From Armatimonadota bacterium (lineage in GTDB: Bacteria > Armatimonadota > SYMT01), in the NCBI GenBank assembly GCA_041690135.1, contig JAWLHY010000021.1, forward strand, positions 1-64,000: a stretch of 64,000 bases of DNA, given 5' to 3'. This document shows positions 41,071 to 50,873 of the stretch, piece by piece. Under the pieces are notes generated by a model. The model was not told the DNA's origin, ran no database searches, and saw nothing but the letters and a program-made list of their open reading frames with translations. The position numbers were made by a program, and so were the translations under genes. The number at the start of each line of letters is the position of its first letter. The first letter of the stretch is position 1.

Positions 41071-43056
41071 ATGATACAACCCCGTCTTCTTACCTTTGCA
41101 CTTCTGGGAGTGGCGGCCTTTCTGCCATTGCTCCCGGCGCGCGGACAGTTCCTGCCGCAGCGCTACTCCCTGACCGATCTCGAGCGGGCCGAGATCACTT
41201 CCGGCCGCGAGCGCCTCCAGGATGCCCTGGACGCGCTGCGAGAACAGTCCCGCAAAACCGGCAAGCCAACCGCCGACCAGATCCCGGACGTCGAGATCTA
41301 TTACCAGGCGGTGGACCGCAACCTCAGGCAGAACCTCTTCTTCACGAAGAAGTCCGTCGAGCACGCGCGGTACTGCATCGATGAAGGCGAGTCCCGAGCC
41401 CGGGCACTCCAGGAGGGACGGGCGCCCTGGGAACAAAAGACCGGACTGGTCGCGCGCGGGTTCCGCTCCAAAGTCGACGGCTCCGCGCAGCCTTACCTGA
41501 TCTGGGTGCCCGCGAAGTATGCCTTCGACAGGCCCCAGAAGGGCCGCCTGGACGTACAGCTCCACGGGCGTGCCGGCGTCATGAACGAAATCGCGTTCCT
41601 GGCGAACGCGGGCCCCGGCGCGAAGCACGAGGACCTGCCGTTCCTGGTGCTGCAGCCCTACGGCCGCTCTAACAACGGCTACCACTTCGCCGGAGAGACG
41701 GACGTGTTCGAGGCGCTCGCTTCCGTCCGCGAGCGGTTCGCCGTGGATGGCGACCGGATCATCATCCGCGGCTTCTCCATGGGCGGTCACGGCACCTGGC
41801 ACCTCGGTTTGCAGCACCCCGGAATGTGGGCCGCCATGGCGCCGGGGGCCGGCTTTGTGGAGACCCGCCGGTACCAGAAGATCACGGAGCCGTTCCCGTC
41901 CTGGGAGATGTCCCTGCTGCACGTTTACGATGCGGTGGATTACGCCGCCAACGGCGTCAACCTGCCTGTAAGCGCCTACGTGGGCGACCAGGACCCCGCC
42001 ATTGGGCAACACCAGTTGATGGTCGAAGCCCTGAAGCGCGAGCAGGTGCCTTTCAAAGAATTCATCGGTCCGAACACGCAGCACCGGTATCACCCGGAGT
42101 CCCTGCGGCAGATCATGAAGGACCTGGAAACGCCGGTCCGCCGCTGGGACGCGGATCGCGTCGACTTCATGACCTACACCTTGCGGTTCCCCCAGTGTAA
42201 GTGGGTACGGATCGAAGGCTTGCAGCGCCACTGGGATCGCGCCGAAGTCCACGCGCAGAAGCACGCCGGTTCACCGGAGCGAATCGAGGTCACTACCCGC
42301 AACATTTCGTCGCTGCGCCTCACCATGCCGGGTACGCTGCTGAGCCGGCCCGTCACCCTGGGCGGGAAGGCGCCGGTGGTGTTGACGGTGGATGGAGAGA
42401 AGATCGCGGGAGCCACGCTGACCCCGGACCGGCCGTTCTACGTCCACCGTTACAACGGCCGGTGGCGGGTGGGGGAACCGAAGGGGCTACGCAAGAAACC
42501 GGGCCTGCAGGGCCCCATCGACGACGCGCTGTACAGCCCACTGGTCGCGGTGACCCCCACCGGCACCCCGTGGTCGGCGCCGATGCACCGTTGGCTGGAG
42601 CAGGAAGTCCAGCGCTTCCGGGACGGCTGGGACCAGTACTTCCGCGCCACCCTGCCCGAACGGACGGACCGCACGCTCTCTGGAGGAGACCTCCGGGAGA
42701 AGAACCTCTACCTGTTCGGGGATCCCGGCTCCAACGCGGTGCTCCGGCGCCTGCTGCCGAAGCTCCCCATCCGCTGGACGAAGGAGACGATCACGCTGGC
42801 CGGACGGACCTTCTCCACGAAGGAGCATCTGCCAATGCTGGTGTTCCCCAACCCGGAGAGCCCCGACCGGTACGTGGTGATCAACAGCGGCTTCACCTTC
42901 AGCCGCGCCGACTGGGACGGGAGCAACTCCCTGCAGTACCCGCACCTGCCGGACTGGGCGGTGATTCAGTTCGACCCGGAGAAGTTCGCCGACAGCCGTC
43001 GCCTCGACACGCGACACGCCGGCTTCTTCGATGAGCGTTGGCAAGTCACTCGATAA
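41071..43056 (+). CDS. Secreted alpha/beta hydrolase (prolyl oligopeptidase/esterase-like)
   Basis: Signal peptide; DGSAQPY, LHG, GFSMGG nucleophile elbow, GDQD, QH. Confidence 0.82.
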   Translation: MIQPRLLTFALLGVAAFLPLLPARGQFLPQRYSLTDLERAEITSGRERLQDALDALREQSRKTGKPTADQIPDVEIYYQAVDRNLRQNLFFTKKSVEHARYCIDEGESRARALQEGRAPWEQKTGLVARGFRSKVDGSAQPYLIWVPAKYAFDRPQKGRLDVQLHGRAGVMNEIAFLANAGPGAKHEDLPFLVLQPYGRSNNGYHFAGETDVFEALASVRERFAVDGDRIIIRGFSMGGHGTWHLGLQHPGMWAAMAPGAGFVETRRYQKITEPFPSWEMSLLHVYDAVDYAANGVNLPVSAYVGDQDPAIGQHQLMVEALKREQVPFKEFIGPNTQHRYHPESLRQIMKDLETPVRRWDADRVDFMTYTLRFPQCKWVRIEGLQRHWDRAEVHAQKHAGSPERIEVTTRNISSLRLTMPGTLLSRPVTLGGKAPVVLTVDGEKIAGATLTPDRPFYVHRYNGRWRVGEPKGLRKKPGLQGPIDDALYSPLVAVTPTGTPWSAPMHRWLEQEVQRFRDGWDQYFRATLPERTDRTLSGGDLREKNLYLFGDPGSNAVLRRLLPKLPIRWTKETITLAGRTFSTKEHLPMLVFPNPESPDRYVVINSGFTFSRADWDGSNSLQYPHLPDWAVIQFDPEKFADSRRLDTRHAGFFDERWQVTR

Positions 43057-43064
43057 TGGATGGA

Positions 43065-43101
43065 CACTCCGGGCCGTGGGTCGGACCCGCGACCCGGAGT
43101 G
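43065..43101. terminator. Hairpin between the hydrolase and Rpn copy 2
   Basis: ACACTCCGGG...CCCGGAGTGT with inner CGTGGG/CCCGCG pairing; no U-tract. Confidence 0.5.
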
Positions 43102-43137
43102 TCCTGCTGGGACACATCAATTCGCAGGAGTATCGCA

Positions 43138-44241
43138 CTGACTGAAGATTCTCCAAGCCTTCATCCGCCTGGCGCCCGTCCAAGCCCGGAAGTCATCCGG
43201 GAGTTTCCGGACCGGGGCACCCTCTGGTTGCTGGAGGATCCCAGCTTCGTCCGGGATCTCCTGTCGTTACTCGACTCGGCCCTCCCAGGCCAACTGGACT
43301 TTGAGCGCGCGGTCCGGGTCAACCGGAGCTTTATACCGGCGGACCTTCAGAAGCAAGAAAGCGACCTGATCTTCCGCGTGCCCTGTTCCGGCGACTTTGC
43401 TACGATCACCGGGCCGGAGATCTGGATCTACATCCTCGTCGAGCACCAGTCGTCCCCCGATCGGGAATTGCTCCTTCGCTTCCTGTTATATATGACCCAA
43501 CTGTGGGAGACGCAGCGACGAACCTTCGTTGACGCCGGAATTCCCAAGGGGGAGCGTCGCTACCTTCCCGTGGTGCCGATCCTGTTCTATACGGGTGATG
43601 AAAGTTGGACCGTACCGGAGTCGTTGGCACGCCAGATGGAAGCGCCCACCGATCTGGGACGGTTCGTTCCCGCCTGGGAGACGCTCGTCTTGAATTTGAA
43701 CGAAGCCTCACCGGATGAACTGGTGCAGTTTTCCAGTGCGATCGGTTGGGTGCTCCGTGTGCTCCAACAAGAAAGGAGCAGCTTTGCCGAACTTCGTCGG
43801 GCCATCAACGAGGCGCTGATTGGCCTGGAGGGACTCCCCAGCCAGAGGCCCGGTCAATGGCTTCGAGCTGTCTGGTATCTCGTGCTCCTGGCCTTCCACC
43901 GGCGCGAGGCTCAAGAGTATAATGAACTCAGCCGGCAGATCCGTGATTGGAGTGGACAGTCAAAGTTCCAAGACCGCAAGGAGGCTGAACACATGGCGAT
44001 GACAATGGCACAGGAATGCGAGGCACGCGGCGAGGCACGCGGCGAAGTGCGCGGGCTCTCCAAAGCACTCATCAGCGTGTTGAGCACACGCTTCGGCACC
44101 GTGCCCCCCGAAATTCAGCTAGCGGTCGAACGAGCCAACGGAGAAATGCTGCAACGGTGGATCGTGGCTGCAGCCTCGGCATCCACTCTGGATGGCGTCG
44201 GGATTCAACCAACGAGCTCCAGTAGCCGACAACCCGACTAG
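43138..44241 (+). CDS. Rpn/YhgA-like PD-(D/E)XK nuclease, copy 2 (probable CTG start; longest ORF from 43060)
   Basis: SFIPADLQKQESDLIF, IYILVEHQS, VVPILFYTG, EARGEARGE; clear paralog of 12224-13318. Confidence 0.85.
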   Translation: MTEDSPSLHPPGARPSPEVIREFPDRGTLWLLEDPSFVRDLLSLLDSALPGQLDFERAVRVNRSFIPADLQKQESDLIFRVPCSGDFATITGPEIWIYILVEHQSSPDRELLLRFLLYMTQLWETQRRTFVDAGIPKGERRYLPVVPILFYTGDESWTVPESLARQMEAPTDLGRFVPAWETLVLNLNEASPDELVQFSSAIGWVLRVLQQERSSFAELRRAINEALIGLEGLPSQRPGQWLRAVWYLVLLAFHRREAQEYNELSRQIRDWSGQSKFQDRKEAEHMAMTMAQECEARGEARGEVRGLSKALISVLSTRFGTVPPEIQLAVERANGEMLQRWIVAAASASTLDGVGIQPTSSSSRQPD

Positions 44242-45143
44242 CCCTTTGCGGCCTTCAGGCTGGCAAGGCCTATTCCCGCGGCGATCAGCGCCGCACCGGC
44301 CAGGTGATGGGCCTGCAGCCTCTCCCCCAGGAAGATTGCGGCCAGGATGCTGCCGAAGAGCGGCATCAGGTGCAGGAATTGCCCTGCCCGGTTGGCTCCG
44401 GCAAGCTCCACCGCGCGGTTGAAGCAGAGGTAGGAGAGCAACGAGGGGAATATAGCCACGTAGGCGATGGCGGCCATTACCACCGGCTCCGGGTGGAGCG
44501 GCCGGATGGCAAGGTGCTCCCACAGGTAAAGGGGTGAGAGCATCGCACCGCCGAGGGCAAAACTGGCCGCCAGAAAGCTAAGCGGATGGACCTGTGGCCG
44601 GCGACGCAGCAGCACCGAGTAGACCGCATAGGAACAAACCGCGAGAAAGATCAACAGGTCGCCCGGGCTCAGCGCCAGAGCGGACAGCGTCTCCCACGAG
44701 CCCTGTGAGACGATGATTGCCACGCCCCCTAGAGACACGCCAACCGCAGCCAGTTGCAACCAACGCACCCGCTCCCGGTAGATCAGGAAGGAAACCCCCA
44801 GGATCAACACCGGCATCGTCGACTGCATCAGCACTCCGTTGGTCACGGTCGTGGTGCGCAGCCCGAAGTAGACCAGCGTGTTGAACGTGGCGACTCCAAG
44901 TGCCGATAGGAGCACCATCTCCCAACGGCTTTTCCAGAGAGCCTCCCGGTCGCGCAGGAGATGTGGCCAGGCGAAGCCGAGCACCAGGAGCAGCGCTCCG
45001 GTCCATCGCCAGAATGCCAGGGCGACCGGCGGCACGAGCGCATGGACCGCACGGCCCACGACGAAGTTGCCCGACCAGAAGAGCGTGGTGAAGACGAGGA
45101 GCAGGGCAGGAGACGCCCACAGGCGAGTAAATGCAGCAGCCAA
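44238..45143 (-). CDS. DMT/EamA-family transporter
   Basis: FWSGNFVVGR, LAFWRW, GANRAGQFLHLMPLFG...LGE; about 10 TMs. Confidence 0.93.
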   Translation of the reverse strand: MAAAFTRLWASPALLLVFTTLFWSGNFVVGRAVHALVPPVALAFWRWTGALLLVLGFAWPHLLRDREALWKSRWEMVLLSALGVATFNTLVYFGLRTTTVTNGVLMQSTMPVLILGVSFLIYRERVRWLQLAAVGVSLGGVAIIVSQGSWETLSALALSPGDLLIFLAVCSYAVYSVLLRRRPQVHPLSFLAASFALGGAMLSPLYLWEHLAIRPLHPEPVVMAAIAYVAIFPSLLSYLCFNRAVELAGANRAGQFLHLMPLFGSILAAIFLGERLQAHHLAGAALIAAGIGLASLKAAKG

Positions 45144-45217
45144 GAGTTACTTCCTGGGAAGGCCGTTTGGGGAAAACGCAAGAGCGATTTTACCACCGGC
45201 GGATCCAGGTGTAACTC

Positions 45218-46225
45218 TTACGCGCGGATCATCGCCTTCACCACGCCGGCCTGCGGATCGAAGAGATCGGAGAAGGAGTCCGGCAGCGTCGCGAGATCCA
45301 GGTGGTGGGTCACCCAGGGAGTGGTATCGAGGCGACCCTCTTCCATCAACCGGATCAGGGCCGGAAAGGCACCCGCGCTGTTCCGGGTGGCGTGAAGGCT
45401 GAGCTCGCGCCGGTGGAAGAGGGGATCATCCACGGTGTAGCTCCCAATCGCCAGCCCGACCATCACCACGCGCCCGCCAGGACCGGCATACTGGAGACTG
45501 GCCCCCATCGCCTCGAGGTTGCCGGTCGCGTCAAAAACGCAATGGGCGAGCTCGGGTCCCGTGATCTCCGTGACGGCCACCAGGGGATCCACCGTGGCAT
45601 CGACCGTGTACTCCACGCCCAGTTGGCGGCAGAAGTCCCGGCGCGAGGGGCTTACGTCCACGGCAATCACCTGCGCGCCGGCCAGCAGCGCGAACTGGAT
45701 GACCGCAAGACCAATGGGACCGGCCCCGACGACGACCACCCACTCGCCCGCCTGAACCTCACCTCGCTCCACCGCGTGGTAGCCGATCCCGAGGGTCTCG
45801 ATGAGGGCCAACTGCTCCAGCGATAGGGTCCGACTGCCATGCAGGAGGCTCACCGGGACGGACAGCCACTCCTGCATGCCGCCGTCGCGGTGGACCCCCA
45901 TGACCTGGAGACTGGAGCAACAGTTGTAGCGCCCGGCTCGGCAGGGGCGGCAGGATCCGCACGCGAGATATGGCTCGATGGCTACCCGGTCGCCGGTGGA
46001 AAGCCCGCGATCGTTGGGACCGATCTCCACGATCTCACCAGCCAGTTCGTGCCCAAGCACTCGCGGGTAGCTGAAGAACGGCTGCCGGCCCCGATAGGCG
46101 TGTAGATCTGTTCCGCACACTCCGATGCGCCGGATCCGCACCAGTGCTTCCCCCTCACCCATGGCAGGGTTGGGGACTTCGCCGGATTCAAACCTGCCCG
46201 GCTCATAGAGTTTGACCTGCAGCAT
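45218..46225 (-). CDS. Zn-dependent sugar-acid dehydrogenase (L-galactonate/L-gulonate dehydrogenase-like)
   Basis: GVCGTDLH, LGHELAG, CGSCRPC...C, GAGPIG. Confidence 0.9.
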   Translation of the reverse strand: MLQVKLYEPGRFESGEVPNPAMGEGEALVRIRRIGVCGTDLHAYRGRQPFFSYPRVLGHELAGEIVEIGPNDRGLSTGDRVAIEPYLACGSCRPCRAGRYNCCSSLQVMGVHRDGGMQEWLSVPVSLLHGSRTLSLEQLALIETLGIGYHAVERGEVQAGEWVVVVGAGPIGLAVIQFALLAGAQVIAVDVSPSRRDFCRQLGVEYTVDATVDPLVAVTEITGPELAHCVFDATGNLEAMGASLQYAGPGGRVVMVGLAIGSYTVDDPLFHRRELSLHATRNSAGAFPALIRLMEEGRLDTTPWVTHHLDLATLPDSFSDLFDPQAGVVKAMIRA

Positions 46226-46367
46226 CTGACCATTTCCCAATCAAAGTGTGAGGCGCCTATAACACGTAATGAAATGAACACCCGTCCGGCCAATGCCTGA
46301 ACGTTTACCACCCGCGGGGTGGCCCAACGTTTACCCCCCACAGGGGGGCCTGAATGCCCAATGCCCC

Positions 46368-47150
46368 TTAAGGATTGGGTCCCACCCCTCGGGTCAGAAA
46401 ACCGCCGTCCACGGCGATGATCTCCCCGGTGGTGAAGCTGGCTGCCGGGCTGGCGAGGTAAACGGCTGCCCCGGCAATCTCTTCCGGATCACCAAACCGG
46501 TCCATCGGGGTGTGCTTGATCAGGAACTGGCCGCGCGGGGTCCCCATCAGCAGACTGCGGTTGAGCGGGGTGGGGAAGACACCGGGAGCGATGCCGTTCA
46601 CCCGGATGCCGTGCTGCGCCCAATCGTTCGCCAGGGACTTCGTGAGTTGCGCCACCCCGGCTTTGCTGGCGCCGTAGGCAGTGACTTCCGAGAGCCCGAC
46701 AAAGCTCGTCAGGCTGGCGATGTTGATGATGCAGCCGCCGCCCTGCGCTTTCATGATGTGCCCGGCCGCCTGGCAGCAAAGGAACAGCCCCGTCAGGTTG
46801 ACCCGGATGACGTATTCCCATTCCTCCTGGCTGACTTCCAGCGGGTCCTTCTTCTGGATGGTGCCAGCGGCGTTCACCAGGATGTCGAGGCGGTCGTGGT
46901 CACGCTGGAACGCCTCGAAGGCGGCACGGATGGAGTCAGCCTCGGCCACGTCGAGCTGCAGGCCCCCATGCCCCGCGCTGATGGCGCGGAGCTCGTTGAC
47001 GGTGCCGTCCACCTTGGACCCGTCGCGGGAGCCCACGACCACTGTCGCTCCTGCCTCGGCGAGGCCCAGGGCGATGGCTCTTCCCAACCCGCTGGTTCCC
47101 CCGGTTACCAGCGCGGTCTTTCCCGTCAGATCAAATCCTTTGAACGGCAC
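46368..47150 (-). CDS. SDR oxidoreductase (KduD/gluconate 5-dehydrogenase-like)
   Basis: TGGTSGLG, INIAS, YGASK, GIAPG, VDGGF. Confidence 0.9.
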   Translation of the reverse strand: MPFKGFDLTGKTALVTGGTSGLGRAIALGLAEAGATVVVGSRDGSKVDGTVNELRAISAGHGGLQLDVAEADSIRAAFEAFQRDHDRLDILVNAAGTIQKKDPLEVSQEEWEYVIRVNLTGLFLCCQAAGHIMKAQGGGCIINIASLTSFVGLSEVTAYGASKAGVAQLTKSLANDWAQHGIRVNGIAPGVFPTPLNRSLLMGTPRGQFLIKHTPMDRFGDPEEIAGAAVYLASPAASFTTGEIIAVDGGFLTRGVGPNP

Positions 47151-47299
47151 GGCTTCTCTCCTCGTAACACAATTCTGCGGCGCTTAAGGCCGAGGCAATC
47201 CTATCGCAGCCGCAGGCGCCGGAGGAAGATTCGCCTCGCCGACATGCACAGTTCCCCGCCCTTCCTTCACCCACGCTCAGGCGATAACATACTCGTGAT

Positions 47300-48376
47300 A
47301 TGGACAGGCGCGGGCTTCTTCAATTCGGCATTCATTCGGCGGCGGCGTTCCTGACCGGTATGCCCGGGCAGGCGCTGCTGGGTCGGGATGAAGCTGCGCG
47401 CCTCCGGGCCGACTTCCGGCGGGGTTTCGAGCGACCGCGCGTACCGTTAACCCCGATATCTGCAGGCCGTAAGTCGGGCCATGGTCTTGAATATGAACGG
47501 CTGAGTGTCGCGACCGAAGCCGGCTCCCGCACGCCCCTGATGCTCGTCCGTCCGGAAGGGTCTCTGCGCCCGCGACCGGTCCTCATTTGCCTGCACGGGA
47601 TGGGCCGGCGTAAGGAGCGGATGCTGCCCTACCTGGATGCTTATGCCCGGCGGGGCTACCTGGCCCTCGCGCTCGATGCACGGTATCACGGCGAGCGGGA
47701 GGGCGACCTGCACCAAGCGCTCATTGCCGCGTTCCGCACCGGCCGCGAGCACCCGTATGTGTGGGACACGGTGTGGGATACCTGGCGGGTGATGGACTAT
47801 CTGGAGACCCGCCCGGATGCCGACCCCGACCGCATCGGGGTGATGGGCATCTCCCTGGGTGGCCACACCACCTGGATGGCGTGCGCCGACCCACGGGTCA
47901 AGGCCGCGGCCCCCTGCCTTAGCGTCTGCTCCTGGCGGTGGCAACTGCAGCATCGCGCCTATCAGCAGCGAGTCCGCAACCTGGCGCGAGCTTTCCAGGG
48001 GGTGACCGAGGAAATGCAGGCTTGCCGGATCGACTCCCGGGTGGTAGCGGAGGCCTGGCATCGGTGGACTCCCGGCGTGCCGGACCTCTACGACTGCCAG
48101 GACCTGCTGACTGCCTTCGCTCCAAACCCGCTCCTCATCATTAATGGGGAGCAAGACCTGGTCGCACCGGTGGGCGGATTAAAAGTCGCCTTGAAGCCGG
48201 TTCAGGCAGCCTATCAGCGCGCCGGCGCTTCCAGCCGGCTGCGCGTCTCCCTGGCGCACAACTCCGGGCACGAGATCACGCGGGACCAGCGCGCACTGCT
48301 GCTGACCTGGTTCGACCGCTGGCTGGAGCCTGAAAGGGTCGGCTCGAAGCTTTTCGCCTTCCGCTTTCCTGGGTAA
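47300..48376 (+). CDS. Tat-signal alpha/beta hydrolase
   Basis: MDRRGLL twin-arginine motif; CLHG; GISLGG; GEQD; GH. Confidence 0.85.
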   Translation: MDRRGLLQFGIHSAAAFLTGMPGQALLGRDEAARLRADFRRGFERPRVPLTPISAGRKSGHGLEYERLSVATEAGSRTPLMLVRPEGSLRPRPVLICLHGMGRRKERMLPYLDAYARRGYLALALDARYHGEREGDLHQALIAAFRTGREHPYVWDTVWDTWRVMDYLETRPDADPDRIGVMGISLGGHTTWMACADPRVKAAAPCLSVCSWRWQLQHRAYQQRVRNLARAFQGVTEEMQACRIDSRVVAEAWHRWTPGVPDLYDCQDLLTAFAPNPLLIINGEQDLVAPVGGLKVALKPVQAAYQRAGASSRLRVSLAHNSGHEITRDQRALLLTWFDRWLEPERVGSKLFAFRFPG

Positions 48377-48386
48377 GGCAGGCGGG

Positions 48387-49160
48387 ATGAAACCGAAGTC
48401 AAAACAGCACCTTGCCCCCACCGTTGCCAGAGGCATTACCCTCGAGCTTGGCGTCGTGGCGGTGATTCCGGCACTGGCCGGGACCTCCCCGGAACGGCAG
48501 TGGCTCCGCACCGAGGTACCGCCGGAACGCCAAGAAGGACGAGTGTATGTGCCGTTGCGCGCAGCCGCCACGGCACTGGGCAAACAGGTCAACTGGGATC
48601 CCGGGGTCCGGCAAGTAACATTCCCCACCCAGGACGGTGAGGTCGTGCTGGAGATCGGCAGCCGACAGGCCTTGGTGAATGGCAAGCAGGTGCAACTCGC
48701 CACCGCCCCGTATATCCGGAGCGGCCGTACGTTGATCCCGCTCCGCTTCGCCGCCGAGGCGCTGGATGTTCCCATCCACTACGAGGCCCGCACGGAGAGC
48801 GTGTTCCTCGGTCCCGGTTCCGGCGGCACCGTCTGGGTGTTACCGCTGGAGAGTATGAAAGCGGGTATCGTCATTCGCTCGCCGCAACGTGGAGAGACCG
48901 TCACCTCTCCGCTCCGCATCCAGGGTCAGGCCAACGTGTTCGAAGGAACTGTCGTCGCGGAGTTACGCTCCGGCGGACGGGTCATCGCAGAAGGCGTCGG
49001 CACGGGGGCCATGGGGCAGTTCGGGCTTTTCACTATCGAGTTGACCTTCGACCCACCCACCGCACCACGGGACGCGGAGATTGTCGCCTACTCCCCCAGC
49101 GCCAAAGGCGACGGCGCGAGGCTCTCCCTGGTCCGCCTGCCCATCCGCCTCTCCCCCTGA
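48387..49160 (+). CDS. Copper-amine-oxidase-N (stalk) domain + Gmad2 Ig-like domain protein
   Basis: GRVYVPLR...VNWD...IGSRQALVNG...PYIRSGRTLIPLRFAAEAL; SPLRIQGQANVFEGTV. Confidence 0.88.
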   Translation: MKPKSKQHLAPTVARGITLELGVVAVIPALAGTSPERQWLRTEVPPERQEGRVYVPLRAAATALGKQVNWDPGVRQVTFPTQDGEVVLEIGSRQALVNGKQVQLATAPYIRSGRTLIPLRFAAEALDVPIHYEARTESVFLGPGSGGTVWVLPLESMKAGIVIRSPQRGETVTSPLRIQGQANVFEGTVVAELRSGGRVIAEGVGTGAMGQFGLFTIELTFDPPTAPRDAEIVAYSPSAKGDGARLSLVRLPIRLSP

Positions 49161-49235
49161 CGAGATTTACGGGCTGCACTGAACTCTCCCCTAAACCCGG
49201 GCACAATAACAGCAAGAGCGGGCGAGGGGTGAGGC

Positions 49236-50828
49236 ATGCAGCTGACGCAGTTACTTCCATGGATCTCTCTGGGCCTGGGCGCGATCGCGCTGGCTTCATT
49301 GTTTGCGCGTGGCGCGCGCGGCGGAGTGCGTCTCCCTCTGGAGGTCCGTCCTCTTTTCCTGGTGGCCACGGTGGGGGTGGTGCTGGCGGCCCTGCTCTGC
49401 CTGCCCACCCGTGGCGTGTGGTCACCCGGACAGGCGTTGGTTCCCAGCCTGTTCATGGGTGGCGCGGCGGTTCTTCTGGGTGCGCTGGCCGGGGCGCTCC
49501 CCCTTGCGTCCGGGGAGCGTGAAGGGGAGGCCCAGGCGGCGGGCACCGGGACCGCCATAGCCGCACCTGTAGTAGCCCTGTCCGTGTTGCTGCTGATGTT
49601 CCCTCGTGGCAGTTTGGATGCGATGGGCGGGTACGCCCTCGGAGCGCTGACAGCGGGGATTCTCCTGGCCGGAGGATCGCGGCTGCGGGGAACCGGAGAG
49701 GCCGAACGGCAGGTGGCGGCCAGTGCCGAACTGGCCACCCTCGCCGCTTCGGCGCTGGCGGTCGCGACCACGCTGGCCATCTACCACCTTAATCCGGCCG
49801 GGGCGCGAGAGTGGATGCCGCACCCCGCGCTGTTCGGAGCCGTGCTGGCGGCGGGAATGGCCGTGCAGGCGCTTGTCCCGTCCGGATTGCCGGGGGGACG
49901 ATGGATCCCGCTCGGCGTCGTGTTACTTCCCGCGGGATTGATAGCATGGCTGATCGGACATCGGCTCCAGGGATCGCCGGACTTTACCTGGGCCATCCTG
50001 ATCGGCGTCGCTGTATTTCTGGTGCTGGGTCTGCTGGAGACGCTCGACTCCGAGCCGTCGGCGACCGGCGAAGGAGGGCCACCACCCACCGGGATCCGGG
50101 TGGACGTGAGCCTGTTGGCAGCGCTCCTGACTCTGGGTGGGGCTGTATTGGCTTTCCGGGAGCTGCATGGTTACGGGATCGCGCTGGCGGCCGTTGCAGG
50201 GGTGGGAGTGACCGGAGCCCTGGAGAGCGGTCGGGGGCGGGGGCTCATGCGCGGCGCGGTGGTGCTGATCTTGTTGCTCGCCCTATATCGCGCGTTTCAC
50301 GAAGCGTACACTTTCCGCATTCGGCTGGAGTTTCTCTACGAACACCTGGGCCTGCTACTCGGTGCGTTCCTCCCCGCGCTCCTCGCCGTGGCCCCCGGCG
50401 CGCGCGGCGAGAGAGAAAGAGTTGCAAACGGCCCCGCCGCCATCTTCCGGGCTGGGCTTGCCGGTCTGGCGGCCGCGGCCGCCCCGCTGCTGGTCTGGGT
50501 CCTCGTGGGGAGCGGCTCCCAGGCGGCCTTCGTGGTGGGATTGGCGATCGGGAGCGGGTTTCTGCTGTCCCGCGCGGTCGGGGTCACCGGCGCCGCGGGA
50601 GCGCCGGACCGAGCGCTGACGGGCATCCTGGCGCTGGGGATGGCATTCAGCGCGCTGCAGTTCACGCTGCAACTGGAGAACCGGCTGGAGATGCTCACCC
50701 GCACGCAGCGGGTCTGGGTGCTGGTAGGAACCGCCGGGCTAGCGGTGCTCGCTGCCGGGCTGCTCGCCTGGCTCGACCGCCGGGCCGGTGGCTATAAGAT
50801 TTCCGCGACCGCGGAGCGGTCGGCATAG
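49236..50828 (+). CDS. Uncharacterised polytopic membrane protein
   Basis: 530 aa, Leu/Ala/Gly-rich, roughly 15 hydrophobic segments by eye; no recognised motif. Confidence 0.75.
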   Translation: MQLTQLLPWISLGLGAIALASLFARGARGGVRLPLEVRPLFLVATVGVVLAALLCLPTRGVWSPGQALVPSLFMGGAAVLLGALAGALPLASGEREGEAQAAGTGTAIAAPVVALSVLLLMFPRGSLDAMGGYALGALTAGILLAGGSRLRGTGEAERQVAASAELATLAASALAVATTLAIYHLNPAGAREWMPHPALFGAVLAAGMAVQALVPSGLPGGRWIPLGVVLLPAGLIAWLIGHRLQGSPDFTWAILIGVAVFLVLGLLETLDSEPSATGEGGPPPTGIRVDVSLLAALLTLGGAVLAFRELHGYGIALAAVAGVGVTGALESGRGRGLMRGAVVLILLLALYRAFHEAYTFRIRLEFLYEHLGLLLGAFLPALLAVAPGARGERERVANGPAAIFRAGLAGLAAAAAPLLVWVLVGSGSQAAFVVGLAIGSGFLLSRAVGVTGAAGAPDRALTGILALGMAFSALQFTLQLENRLEMLTRTQRVWVLVGTAGLAVLAAGLLAWLDRRAGGYKISATAERSA

Positions 50829-50873
50829 ACTGAGATGGACATCCGAGTGGGTGGGCCCAGGGGAGGGTGTGAG

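Noticed and set aside
48387-49160. Missing N-terminal half of the amine oxidase at 3283
   Set aside because: The stalk domain is a generic envelope module, lies 45 kb away and is fused to Gmad2
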